Part shown: one piece after another, positions 17,787-27,800 of the stretch
Layout: every line of letters starts with the position of its first letter
How positions within the stretch are numbered: the stretch's first letter is position 1
Source of the DNA: Xanthomonas campestris pv. campestris str. ATCC 33913
GTDB lineage: Bacteria > Pseudomonadota > Gammaproteobacteria > Xanthomonadales > Xanthomonadaceae
NCBI RefSeq assembly: GCF_000007145.1
Contig: NC_003902.1
Location: forward strand, 3,026,497 to 3,058,496
Direction of reading: 5' to 3'
DNA: 32,000 nucleotides
The notes under the pieces: model-generated
The model's input: only the letters and a program-made list of their open reading frames with translations
The model's database searches: none
What the model was told of the DNA's origin: nothing
Program-made: the position numbers and the translations under genes

Positions 17787-18449
17787 ATGGGTCACTGGAC
17801 CACGCTCGACACCCCCGACGGCCAGGTCGCCGCCTGGCACGCCACTCCGACCACCAGCCCGCGCGGCGGCCTGGTGGTGATTCAGGAGATCTTCGGCGTC
17901 AACGAACATATCCGCGCGGTGGCCGACGACTATGCCGCGCGCGGCTACGAAGTCCTGGCACCGGCCTTCTTCGACCTGGAAGAGAAGGACGTGCAGTTGC
18001 CCTACGACCAGCAAAGCCTGCAGCGCGGCCTGGCACTGGCCAATGCAGTCGGCCTGGAGCGCGCGGTGGAGGTGGTCAAATCCGCCGCTACCCTGCTCAG
18101 CCGAGCCGGCAAGGTCGGCACCGTGGGCTATTGCTGGGGCGGCTCGGTGGCGCTGCTGTCGGCGATCCGCCTGGGGCTGCCCTCGGTGAGCTATTACGGC
18201 GGCCGCAATACGCAGCTGCTGGACGAAACGCCCAAGGCGCCGGTGATGTTCCACTTCGGGGAGCAGGACAGCAGCATTCCGCCCGAAGCGATCCAGGCGC
18301 ACCGCGAAAAGCTGCCGCAGATGGAGACCTTCGTCTACCCGACCGGGCACGCCTTCAACCGCAGCATCGACCCGAACCACTACGACGCCGACAGCGCCGA
18401 GCGGGCGCTGGAGCGCACCCTGGGCTTCTTCGACGCCCACCTGGGATGA
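17787..18449 (+). CDS. Dienelactone hydrolase family protein
   Basis: ATG 17787 with AGGA 6 nt upstream; 220 aa. VVIQEIFGVN, nucleophile elbow GYCWGG (the Cys nucleophile typical of DLH), and C-terminal His (YPTGHAF). The track start 17709 adds 26 non-conserved codons. Confidence 0.8.
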   Translation: MGHWTTLDTPDGQVAAWHATPTTSPRGGLVVIQEIFGVNEHIRAVADDYAARGYEVLAPAFFDLEEKDVQLPYDQQSLQRGLALANAVGLERAVEVVKSAATLLSRAGKVGTVGYCWGGSVALLSAIRLGLPSVSYYGGRNTQLLDETPKAPVMFHFGEQDSSIPPEAIQAHREKLPQMETFVYPTGHAFNRSIDPNHYDADSAERALERTLGFFDAHLG

Positions 18450-18883
18450 GCGGACCCGTCTCGAATGCGCCCGCCACGGGCGCCTTTGAACTGGATGCGC
18501 GGCTGGCCGCCGACAGCGTCTTCGTCGCCGACGGCCCGCTGTCGCAGGTGCGGCTGATGGACGACACCCGCTTCCCGTGGCTGGTGCTGGTGCCGCGGGT
18601 GGCCGAGGTCAGCGAGTGGATCGACCTGGATGGCGGCCAGCAGCGTCTGTTGCTGGCCGAGATCAACCAGCTCTCGCAGCTGCTGCGAGTCGAGCCGCAG
18701 GTGAGCAAGCTCAATATCGGCGCGCTGGGCAACATCGTGCGCCAGCTGCATGTGCACCTGGTCGGCCGCCATCCCGGCGATGCGGCCTGGCCCGGGCCGG
18801 TGTGGGGCAGCGGCAGCGCGCACCGGTTTGCGCCCGACGCACTGCAGGAGCGTGTCGCGGCATGGGCGCAACGGCTACGATAG
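18446..18883 (+). CDS. HIT-family (histidine triad-like) protein
   Basis: ATG 18446 overlaps the DLH stop (ATGA); 145 aa. FPWLVLVPR and triad-like QLHVHLVGR (first His replaced by Gln). Confidence 0.8.
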   Translation: MSGPVSNAPATGAFELDARLAADSVFVADGPLSQVRLMDDTRFPWLVLVPRVAEVSEWIDLDGGQQRLLLAEINQLSQLLRVEPQVSKLNIGALGNIVRQLHVHLVGRHPGDAAWPGPVWGSGSAHRFAPDALQERVAAWAQRLR

Positions 18884-18910
18884 GCGCCCGTCTTTCAACC
18901 AGCCTTCCGC

Positions 18911-19078
18911 ATGAAATCCAATGTCGTTGCCGCGCTGATCCTGATCCTCGTCGGCCTGCTGTTCCTGGCCAATAACCTGGGCTGGACCAATCTCAGCCTG
19001 GGCAAGCTGATCGCCACCTGGTGGCCTGCCGCGCTGGTCGCTTGCGGCGTGGGGATGTTGTTCGGGCGGGGCAAGTAG
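18911..19078 (+). CDS. Small membrane protein (55 aa, two TM helices), LiaI/LiaF-TM-like
   Basis: Below the ORF-track size cutoff. My translation: MKSNVVAALILILVGLLFLANNLGWTNLSLGKLIATWWPAALVACGVGMLFGRGK. About half of the aligned residues are identical to the 61-aa ORF at 19421. Confidence 0.6.
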   Translation: MKSNVVAALILILVGLLFLANNLGWTNLSLGKLIATWWPAALVACGVGMLFGRGK

Positions 19079-19140
19079 CCGGGAATTGGGAATGGGGTGA
19101 GCAGTCAATCAGCCCCGTGCGTAATCAGAGCGCCAAGATC

Positions 19141-19199
19141 CCTTCTTCCATCGGGAGAAGGTGCCCCGAAGGGGCGGTGAGGGTACGCGCGAAGCCTCA
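19141..19199. repeat. Composite multi-hairpin intergenic element (three adjacent GC hairpins)
   Basis: CCTTCTTCC-atc-GGGAGAAGG, GCCCC-gaa-GGGGC, TGAGG-gtacgcgcgaag-CCTCA. The style resembles intergenic palindromic units I have seen in Xanthomonas. Only one copy in this window, so repeat status is not demonstrable here. Confidence 0.4.
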
Positions 19200-19220
19200 T
19201 GTGCATTCGACTGCACCGTA

Positions 19221-19246
19221 GAAAAAACAGGGGTTCCGCACCCCTG
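19221..19246 (-). terminator. Rho-independent terminator on the minus strand (orphan, no annotated gene upstream)
   Basis: The minus strand reads CAGGGG-tgcggaa-CCCCTG followed by TTTTTT. The nearest minus-strand CDS (dcd) is separated from it by its own hairpin and an opposite-strand gene. Confidence 0.55.
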
Positions 19247-19420
19247 AAGACGTCGACGACCTGATTGCCAGCGATCAACCGAAGGCGACATGGTTACCAA
19301 TGCAGTCATGACCTTGCGGTCTTCGACATGACCTTTGTCATCCGCAATTGTTGACTTCCGGCACCTGATCGGCGCGCGCATCGCGCGCAGCATGGCCTCA
19401 CACCTACCGAGGACATCGCC

Positions 19421-19606
19421 ATGCGCTACCGCCTGATTCCTGCACTGTTTCTGATCACGCTGGGCAGCTTATTCCTGCTGGATAACCTCGGGCTGGCCCG
19501 TTTCGATCTTGGCAACCTGGTGTCGACCTGGTGGCCAGCGTTTCTGATCGCCGCTGGCGTGCGCCAACTGCTGCGCTACCGGCAGCGCACGGCCGTGACC
19601 TGCTGA
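19421..19606 (+). CDS. Small membrane protein (61 aa, two TM helices), paralogue of 18911..19078
   Basis: MRYRLIPALFLITLGSLFLLDNLGLARFDLGNLVSTWWPAFLIAAGVRQLLRYRQRTAVTC. Shares L.G.LFL..NLG...LG.L..TWWPA.L.A.GV with the upstream mini-protein. Confidence 0.6.
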   Translation: MRYRLIPALFLITLGSLFLLDNLGLARFDLGNLVSTWWPAFLIAAGVRQLLRYRQRTAVTC

Positions 19607-19621
19607 GGCAGGGTCACGGCC
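19591..19621. terminator. Hairpin shared by convergent genes (small membrane gene / dcd)
   Basis: GGCCGTGACC-tgctgaggcag-GGTCACGGCC, a 10-bp perfect stem. It includes the TGA of the 61-aa ORF and lies 12 nt from the dcd stop. Confidence 0.5.
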
Positions 19622-19632
19622 GCATCACTGCA

Positions 19633-20202
19633 TCACGTGCGCGGCAGGGTCACGCCGGTCTGGCCCTGGTACTTGCCGCCTCGGTCCTTGTACGAGGTTT
19701 CGCACACCTCATCGGACTGGAAAAACAGCATTTGCGCCACGCCTTCGTTGGCGTAGATGCGCGCCGGCAGCGGCGTGGTGTTGCTGAATTCCAACGTGAC
19801 GCGGCCTTCCCATTCCGGCTCCAGCGGCGTCACGTTGACGATGATGCCGCAGCGCGCGTAGGTGCTCTTGCCCAGGCACACCACCAGCGTGTCGCGCGGA
19901 ATGCGGAAGTATTCGACCGTGCGTGCCAGCGCAAAGCTGTTCGGCGGAATGATGCAGACGTCCGACTCGATATCGACGAAGCTGCCCGGGTCGAAATGCT
20001 TCGGGTCGACGATCGTCGAGTTGATGTTGGTGAAGATCTTGAACTCGCGCGAGCAGCGCACGTCATAGCCGTAGCTGGAGGTGCCGAAGCTGACGATGCG
20101 CTGGCCGGCGGCGTCGTGCTTGATCTGGCCGGGTTCGAACGGCTCGATCATGGCGTGCTGCTCGGCCATGCGCTTGATCCAGCGGTCGCTCTTGATGCTC
20201 AT
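19633..20202 (-). CDS. dcd: dCTP deaminase
   Basis: 189 aa. [13 protein letters not shown]...IEPF...SYGYDVR...[10 protein letters not shown]...[34 protein letters not shown] upstream. Confidence 0.92.
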   Translation of the reverse strand: MSIKSDRWIKRMAEQHAMIEPFEPGQIKHDAAGQRIVSFGTSSYGYDVRCSREFKIFTNINSTIVDPKHFDPGSFVDIESDVCIIPPNSFALARTVEYFRIPRDTLVVCLGKSTYARCGIIVNVTPLEPEWEGRVTLEFSNTTPLPARIYANEGVAQMLFFQSDEVCETSYKDRGGKYQGQTGVTLPRT

Positions 20203-20297
20203 GCGGTGTTCCTTGAAGACGGAAGGCGGCGGGCCGAGCGGCCCGCGCGAAGACGGCGAATTCTACCAGCGGCCGGCACCGGAGGCCGGCCGACGCA

Positions 20298-21149
20298 TCA
20301 GAGCAGCGAGGCAGAAATCGGGATGCTGGCGCGCGGGCGCTTGGCCAGCTCCTCCGACAGCCGCGCAGCCGCCGCCAGATAGGCCTGCGCGGCTGCCGAT
20401 TCCGGCGCGGCGATCACAATCGGCTGGCCCGCATCGCCCTGCTCGCGGATGCCGATATCCAGCGGCAGCGACCCCAGCAGCGGCACGCCGTACTGCGCGG
20501 CCATGCGCTCGCCGCCGCCTTCGCCGAACAGATGTTCGCGATGCCCGCAGTTGGAGCAGGTGTGCACCGCCATGTTCTCGACGATGCCCAGCACCGGCAC
20601 TTCGACCTTTTCGAACATCTTCAAGGCCTTGCGCGCATCCAGCGTGGCGATGTCCTGCGGCGTGGTGACGATCACCGCACCGGCCACCGGGATCTTCTGC
20701 GACAAGGTGAGCTGGATGTCGCCGGTGCCTGGCGGCAGATCGATCAGCAGGTAATCCAGGTCGTCCCACAGCGTGTCGTTGAACAGCTGGGTCAACGCCG
20801 AGGTGGCCATCGGGCCGCGCCAGATCATCGGTGTGTCCTGATCGACCAGCAGCCCGATCGACATCGCCTCGATGCCGAACGCGCGCAATGGCTCGATCGA
20901 CTTGTTGTCCGGGCTGTCGGGCTTGCCGCTCAACCCCAGCATCGCCGGCACGCTCGGCCCGTAGATGTCCGCGTCGAGCACACCAACCCGCGCGCCATGC
21001 TGCTGCAGCGCTAGCGCCAGATTGACCGCGGTAGTGGACTTGCCCACCCCGCCCTTACCCGAGCCCACCGCAATCACGTTGCGGATGCGCGCGTGCGGCG
21101 CGAGGGCGCCCTGCACCGCGTGCGCGGCGATCCTGCGCTCGGTACTCAT
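20298..21149 (-). CDS. apbC: Fe-S cluster carrier ATPase, Mrp/ApbC/NBP35 family
   Basis: 283 aa. Deviant Walker A GKGGVGKST, LIDLPPGTGD, and the Fe-S-ligand CxxC (CSNCGH). Confidence 0.88.
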   Translation of the reverse strand: MSTERRIAAHAVQGALAPHARIRNVIAVGSGKGGVGKSTTAVNLALALQQHGARVGVLDADIYGPSVPAMLGLSGKPDSPDNKSIEPLRAFGIEAMSIGLLVDQDTPMIWRGPMATSALTQLFNDTLWDDLDYLLIDLPPGTGDIQLTLSQKIPVAGAVIVTTPQDIATLDARKALKMFEKVEVPVLGIVENMAVHTCSNCGHREHLFGEGGGERMAAQYGVPLLGSLPLDIGIREQGDAGQPIVIAAPESAAAQAYLAAAARLSEELAKRPRASIPISASLL

Positions 21150-21469
21150 GCGCGGCGTCCCGGCTGCGCAGCTGGCGCTGCGCGTGTGATTTTTCTGCTC
21201 ATTGCCTTACCCAACTGAAGTCGACGACGCCCAGCGGCAACAACGGCCGGCGCGATCCGCCATGGACCGCCAAGTGTACCGGCGCAGCCGCTGTTGCTTG
21301 AGCGATTGTGGTGCCTTGCCCTGCTGAGCCAGCTGCCTCAACCGTGTCAACGCGCGACATATTTCACAAAGGTGGACACACGATTAAGGAATTGTCACGT
21401 TCGAAAATCAGTTCAGCCGGCGCTCAGCGAGCACGGCTGTCGCATCAACCCAGCGAGGATCCGCAAGGC

Positions 21470-24460
21470 ATGTCGAGTCGTTCTCTGCACCGTACCCGTC
21501 GTCACCGCTTGAGCGCGGCGTTGCTCGCCGTGCTGGTCGCCCCCGCAGGCCACGCGCTTGCGCAGTCCGAAAATGGCGTTGCCCCGGACACCACCGATCT
21601 GGACAAGGTGACCGTCACCGGCTCGCGCATCGCGCGTACCGGCTTTGTCACTCCCTCGCCGGTCACCGCGATCACCGCCGAAGAAATCCGCGCCACCGGT
21701 GCCACCACCATCAGCGACCTGATGGCGCGCATGCCGGCGTTGGCGCCGAGCTACACGCTGGGCAACTCCACCCGCTTCATCGGCACCGCGGGCCTGGGCC
21801 TGCTCGACCTGCGCGGCATGGGCGTGGATCGCACGCTGGTGCTGGTCAACGGCCGTCGCCATGTGGGTTCCAGCCCGGGCTCTACCGCGGTCGACGTCAA
21901 CACCATCCCGGTGGAATGGGTCGAGCGCGTGGAAGTCATCACCGGCGGCGCCTCGGCGGTGTACGGCGCTGACGCGGTGGCGGGCGTGGTGAACTTCATC
22001 CTCAAGAAATCGTTCACCGGCTTCGAAACCCGCGCGCAAACCGGCCTGGCCGACGAAGGCAACTACAACCGCTCCTTCGCCAGTTTCTCGGCAGGCACCG
22101 ACTTTGCCGGTGGGCGCGGCAACATCGCCGTTTCCGGCGAATACAGCAAGCAGGACCGCTTTGGCCGCGGCAACCGCGCCATCGGCCGCGAGTACCTGGT
22201 GACGGTGCCCAACCCCGCCTACGACCCGACCCGTCCGCCAAGCGAACGCAATCCGCAGAACGTGCTCAGCGGCCCCGGTGGTAACCATTCCACCAGCTAT
22301 GGCGGCACCTTCAACCTGGGCACCTTCGATTTCCGCAACCCGGCCAGCTACGGCAACCGCTACCTGTTCAATGAAGACGGCACGTTCCGCCGCAATCGTT
22401 ATGACGGCACCGTGGTGAGCAACACCTCGTGCGTGGATTGCGACTTTGCCGACCTCAACGCCGTGGCCGATTTGCAGCCCGGCTTCGATCGCAAGAGCGT
22501 CAACACGATGGTCAACTTCGAGCTCAGCGAGAATCATCGCCTGTTCTTCGAAGGCAAGTACAGCGAGACCGATTCGGAATTCTTCGGCCAGCCCGCCTTC
22601 GACAGCTCGCTACGCGTGCGTCGGCAGAACCCGTATGTCAGTCCCGAACTCGGTGCGCTGATGGATTCACGCGGTGCCACGCAGATCCTGATGAATCGCT
22701 TCAACGTCGATGCCGGTCGGCGCGGCGAAAACATCGAACGCAAGACCTACCGTGCAGTGCTCGGCGCCGAAGGCAACTTCACCGACAACTGGACCTACGA
22801 CGTGTCGGCCAACTACGGCAAGACCACGGTTGACCGCCAGAACCTCAACAACCGCATCAACGAGCGCTGGCAGGCCGGCATTGATGCGGCACGTGACGCC
22901 AGCGGCAATATCGTGTGCCGTACCACGCTCGATCCGAATGCCATCAACCCCAATACCAATCGCGTGTATTCGGCGCTGGCCCGCGAAGGCTGCGTGCCCT
23001 TCAGCGTGTTCGGCAACGGCGCGGTGAGCCCGGAAGCAGCAGCGTGGTTCAACACCACCGCCCGCTCGCAGGCCAAGATCCAGCAGACGGTCTTCAGCGC
23101 CTCGGTGGCCAACAGCAACCTGCTGTCGCTGCCGGCCGGTGACATCGGCATCGCCGGTGGCGTGGAATACCGCAAGGAACAGAGCGAAGAAATCACCGAT
23201 CCGCTGGCCGCATCGGGCGTGACCTTCCTCAATGCCATCCCGAACAGCGGCGGCGAGTACACCGTGCGGGAAGTGTTCGTGGAGAGCACCATTCCGCTGC
23301 TGGCGGGTTTGCCCGGTGTGGATCGGCTCGCACTGGATCTGGCCGGCCGCTATTCGGACTACAGCAGCATCGGCTCGACCAAGACCTGGAACATCGGCCT
23401 GGACTGGACCATCATCCCGTCGCTGCGTCTGCGCGGCACGCTGGCCCAGGCGGTGCGCGCGCCCAGCATCGGTGAGCTGTACGACTCGCAGAGCGAAAAC
23501 TTCGCCACCATCAACGACCCCTGCAATTACCTCTCCAGCAACAGCAACCGCCCCGGCACCGCCGGCGATGTGGCGCTACGCCAGGCCAATTGCAGTGCCT
23601 TGGGCGTTCCGGTGGGCTGGATCGATACCTACACCGCCAACCGCCCCGGCGTGAGCGGCGGCAATCCGGAACTGAAGCCGGAACGCGCGCGCAGCCTGTC
23701 GTACGGCTTGGTGTGGCAGCCGGAGTTCTTCGAAGGTTTCGGCATGTCGGTTGACTACTGGCGCATCGACCTGCAGGACGCAATTGGCTCGGTGACGGCC
23801 GAAACCAATTCCACGCGTTGCGTGGACAACCCGGGCGGCATCAACAACAGCTTCTGCGGCTTCGTGCAGCGCGCACCGCTGGGTGGCTTCACCGACCCGC
23901 AAGGCCGGATCTATCCCGAACACAGCATCATCGGGTGGCAGGCGCTCAACGAAAACCTGGCGCGCTCGCGGCGTGTCGGCGTGGATCTGGAAATGGATTA
24001 CCGCTTCCAGCTGGGCGAAGGCAACACCGTGTTGCGCCTGGTCGGCACGCGGCTGATCCAGTCACGCGAGTGGGTGTTCCAGGATTTCCCGGAAGAGTAC
24101 GACGAGTACGTGACCTACGTGACCGACCCGCGCTGGCGTGCGCAGTTCCAGACCAAATACAACTGGAACGAATGGCGCGCCTCGTGGGACATGAACTATG
24201 TGGACGGCAACCTGCGCGTGACCCCGGAGAGCTACAACAGCAACCCGGGCTCGGCCAGCCCGATCAAGAACGGCTCGTACACCTACCACAACTTCCAGTT
24301 CGGTTATCAGTTCCCCGGCTCGAAGATCGATGTGTATCTCGGCATCGACAACGCCTTCGACAAGGACCCGCCGCGTAACTACTTCGGTTCGGACTTTACT
24401 TCCGCGCTGTACGACAACGTGGGCCGGTTCTTCTACCTGGGGACGACTGTGAAGTTCTAA
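21470..24460 (+). CDS. TonB-dependent outer-membrane receptor
   Basis: ATG 21470 (996 aa). Signal peptide ...LVAPAGHALA|QSE. TonB-box/plug (DLDKVTVTGSRI...ISDLMARMPAL...VLVNGRR...VERVEVITGGASAVYGADAVAGVVNFILK). Barrel ending ...FFYLGTTVKF. Confidence 0.85.
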   Translation: MSSRSLHRTRRHRLSAALLAVLVAPAGHALAQSENGVAPDTTDLDKVTVTGSRIARTGFVTPSPVTAITAEEIRATGATTISDLMARMPALAPSYTLGNSTRFIGTAGLGLLDLRGMGVDRTLVLVNGRRHVGSSPGSTAVDVNTIPVEWVERVEVITGGASAVYGADAVAGVVNFILKKSFTGFETRAQTGLADEGNYNRSFASFSAGTDFAGGRGNIAVSGEYSKQDRFGRGNRAIGREYLVTVPNPAYDPTRPPSERNPQNVLSGPGGNHSTSYGGTFNLGTFDFRNPASYGNRYLFNEDGTFRRNRYDGTVVSNTSCVDCDFADLNAVADLQPGFDRKSVNTMVNFELSENHRLFFEGKYSETDSEFFGQPAFDSSLRVRRQNPYVSPELGALMDSRGATQILMNRFNVDAGRRGENIERKTYRAVLGAEGNFTDNWTYDVSANYGKTTVDRQNLNNRINERWQAGIDAARDASGNIVCRTTLDPNAINPNTNRVYSALAREGCVPFSVFGNGAVSPEAAAWFNTTARSQAKIQQTVFSASVANSNLLSLPAGDIGIAGGVEYRKEQSEEITDPLAASGVTFLNAIPNSGGEYTVREVFVESTIPLLAGLPGVDRLALDLAGRYSDYSSIGSTKTWNIGLDWTIIPSLRLRGTLAQAVRAPSIGELYDSQSENFATINDPCNYLSSNSNRPGTAGDVALRQANCSALGVPVGWIDTYTANRPGVSGGNPELKPERARSLSYGLVWQPEFFEGFGMSVDYWRIDLQDAIGSVTAETNSTRCVDNPGGINNSFCGFVQRAPLGGFTDPQGRIYPEHSIIGWQALNENLARSRRVGVDLEMDYRFQLGEGNTVLRLVGTRLIQSREWVFQDFPEEYDEYVTYVTDPRWRAQFQTKYNWNEWRASWDMNYVDGNLRVTPESYNSNPGSASPIKNGSYTYHNFQFGYQFPGSKIDVYLGIDNAFDKDPPRNYFGSDFTSALYDNVGRFFYLGTTVKF

Positions 24461-24485
24461 GTGCTGGCATCAGCCGCAGCACCGG

Positions 24486-24511
24486 AAGGCCCCGCTTGTC
24501 GGGGCCTTTTT
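24486..24511 (+). terminator. Rho-independent terminator of the first TBDR gene
   Basis: AAGGCCCCG-cttgt-CGGGGCCTT followed by a T-run, 26 nt after the stop. Confidence 0.7.
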
Positions 24512-24822
24512 AGTTTCTTTCGAAACCTACTGCGGTGCTTATTGGTTTTTACTGAAACTAATAGCTGATGGATTTCACATTAATCGGCTGTTATCTGAAG
24601 AAATTACGAAGATGAATTCACAGAGGCCAATCGTCATGCATTGTGCGAACTGGCAACAAATTGTGCTGACTTCCGCACTTTCAACGCGGATGTCCGTCAT
24701 TTCATTAATGAACCGTTGATTGCTATTGCAACGGCGGGCACAGATTCATTACGTTCGGGTTAAGGCCATCTGACTCTTCGGTGACCGCCACTTCTCCCGA
24801 TTCCCCAGTTCAAAGGTCAGGA

Positions 24823-27800
24823 ATGAGCAATCAATTTCGTCGCCAGGTCCTCAAGCGCACCGCTCTCGCTGTCGTGCTCGGTGCGTGCCTAGCCAACGGC
24901 GCGGTGTATGCGCAGAGCACCACCGGCAGCATCTACGGCAGCGCGCCCAGCGAAGCCGGCAGCACCATCGTTGTGCAAAGCGATACAGGCCTCAGCCGCA
25001 CCATCACCGTCGATGCGAATGGCCGTTACAACCTCGGCTCGCTGCCTGTCGGTGCCTATACCGTTACCCTGAAGCGCGGCGATCAGGTCGTCGATACCCG
25101 CAAAAACGTGCAGTTGCGCGTCGGTTCCGGCACCGAAGTGTCGTTTGCGGATGCCGGCAGCTCAAGTACTGCCGACGCCACGACGCTCGGCGCAATCACG
25201 GTGACCGCCGCCAATGCGCCGAAGATCGATGTCAGCTCGACCAGTTCGCGCTCGGTCATTACCTCACAACAGCTTGCAATTCTCCCCCTGGGGCGCAGCG
25301 CTGAGGCAATCGCATTGCTGGCACCGGGTGCCGTGGCAGGCAGCGGTGCATTTGACAACGGCTCGCGTTCGGTTGTGTCGTTTGGCGGCGCAGGCGTCAC
25401 CGAAAATGCCTACTACATCAACGGATTCAATGTCAGTAATCCGCTCAGCAATCTTGGCGGCGTGAGCCTGCCGTACGGTGCGATTGATCAGCAGGAGACC
25501 TACACCGGCGGCTACAGCGCCCGTTATGGTCGTTCCACCGGTGGCGTCATTAACCAAGTCGGCAAGCGCGGCACCAACGAATGGCACTTCGGTGCCCAGG
25601 CAGTTTGGGAGCCAAAGTCGTTGGCGAGTTCGCCTGAAAATGTACGCTTTCCCAACAACACCTTGCCAGACCGGTTTGAATACACCAATCCCGATCAGCC
25701 GGGCACGCTGTATCGCAGCCGCAAGGACGATGGCGCAACGCGTACCGTCTACAGCGCATACGCTGGTGGCCCGTTGATCGAAGACAAATTGTTTGTGTTC
25801 GTTGCCGGTGAATCCGACAAAACCGAAGGTGTGTCGACGAACTCCAGTGCGGCCAGCGTTCTGGGACGTAACAACTACGCGTACAGCGCGCCGAAGTTCT
25901 ACGGCAAGATTGACTGGAATATCAACGACAGCAATATCCTTGAATACACCCGTATCGAGAGTACGGACCGCCGCGCCGGTTATTACACGGACTTCGATTA
26001 CGACACCCTGTCAGGCGGCGGGCGTAGTGGCACATTTGCCGATACGTACAAGATCAAAGATCGCTACGACATCTTCAAGTACACCGGCTATCTGACGGAC
26101 GACCTTACGTTGAATGCCACTTGGGGGCGTAGCCGTCAGGACAACTTGCAGAGCAATCCGTACGTTTCCGCGCTTCCCTATCTTCAGAACGTAACCAACC
26201 AGAACCCCGCACTGACGGGTGGCACACCGATCACGAATGATCAGGCGAGCAATCGGACCAAGGCCAATCTCCCACAGAACAAGACCCGCAGCTTGCGACT
26301 TGAACTGGAGTATCGGATCGGTGATCACGATTTGACTGCAGGCGTGGACAACATGTACTTCAACGCCTCCAACGAAGGTGTCCGCACGACCGGCCCGGGC
26401 TACCAGTGGCTGTTTGCACGTCAGTCCGATCCGACCGTCGACATTCGTCCAAGTCTCGGGGTTGGTCCATCGGGTGGCGACGGCTACTATGCGCAGCGCC
26501 GCATCTTCACCACAACCACCAGCATGGCTGTCGAGCAAAAGGCTTATTACCTGGAAGACCGCTGGCAAGTCAGCGATAACTGGCTGGTGCTGCTCGGTAT
26601 CCGCAACGACAAGTTCACCAACTTCAACAGCGCAGGTCAGCCGTATGTAGATAGCGGAGACCAATGGGCCCCACGTCTGGGCGTCAGCTGGGACGTCTTT
26701 GGCGACTCGTCGCTGAAGCTGTACGCAAATGCGGGCCGCTACTATCTGGCGCTGCCTAACAGTGTCGCGGTTCGCGGCGCATCGGCCTCCACCTATACCG
26801 ATGAATACTTCGCATATTCGGGACTGGACGCAAACGGCGAGCCGACCGGCCTGACGGCCCTCGGACCGGGCCCGGTGTCGTCAAACGGCGAGTACGGTCA
26901 GACACCAGATCCCAACTCCTTCGCGCCGAGCGATCTGAAGTCGCAGTACCAGGACGAGTTCCTAGTAGGCTTCGAAAAGACTTTGGGCCAAAGCTGGAAT
27001 TCCGGTGCCAAGGTGACGTACCGCAAGTTGCAAACTGCAATCGATGACGTCTGTGATACCGGCCGGATGGCCGACAAGCTGGAGGCCAGCGGCGTCAGTG
27101 CGTCGAGCGTTGCGATTCCGGGTTGTGTCATGTTCAACCCGGGCGAGACCAACACCTACAATCTGGCAAATGTTGATGGATCTGGCCGCACGCAGGTACG
27201 CATGTCCCAGGAAGACTGGGGCTTTACGAGTGGTGCAAAGCGCAACTACGTGTCAGTCGACCTATTCCTGGAGCATCCGTTTGACGAAAAGTGGTTTGCT
27301 CGGGTTGACTACACGTGGTCGCATCTTTACGGCAATACCGAAGGCCAGGTGAAATCCGATCTCGGCCAGGCAGACGTGTCCAAGACGCAGGATTGGGATT
27401 CGGCAGAACTGATGTATTACGCAGGTGGCAACCTGGCCAATGATCGCCGTCACCAGTTCAAGGCGTTTGGCGCTTATCAGTTCACTCCCGAGTGGATGGC
27501 ATCGGCAACCCTTCGTGTCCTGTCGGGAACCCCAAAGTCATGCCTGGGCTATTTCGGCCAGGGCGAGCAGGATCCGATCGGCTACGAGTCGGCATATCAC
27601 TATTGCGCTGGTACTCCCTCGCGGCCGGGTGACGCTGGCCGGACGCCTTGGCTGACCAATCTCGACCTGGGCGTTACCTACCGTCCTGCGTTTGCCGATC
27701 ATAAGCTGGCCATCGGCCTGCAGGTGTTCAACGTCATCAACGACCGCGATGCAACGCGTGCCGAGGCAGTGTATGGAGACGACCGTTTCACCGTGTCCAA

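Noticed and set aside
19109-19393. 94-aa minus-strand ORF across the spacer between the two mini-protein genes
   Set aside because: It reads through the multi-hairpin repeat and the intrinsic terminator stem and T-run. Its sequence is Arg/Ser-rich and has no start context.
24701-24712. TTCATTAATGAA palindrome considered as a Fur box
   Set aside because: It shares only the AATGA/TCATT cores with the Fur consensus, in the opposite arrangement, and lacks the GATAAT hexamer periodicity. It is reported instead as an unassigned operator candidate.
24612-24719. 35-codon ORF (MNSQRPIVMHCANWQQIVLTSALSTRMSVISLMNR) in the AT-rich TBDR upstream region
   Set aside because: No convincing SD and no recognisable peptide features. 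ORFs of this size arise readily by chance in AT-rich DNA. It could at most be a leader peptide, which is untestable here.
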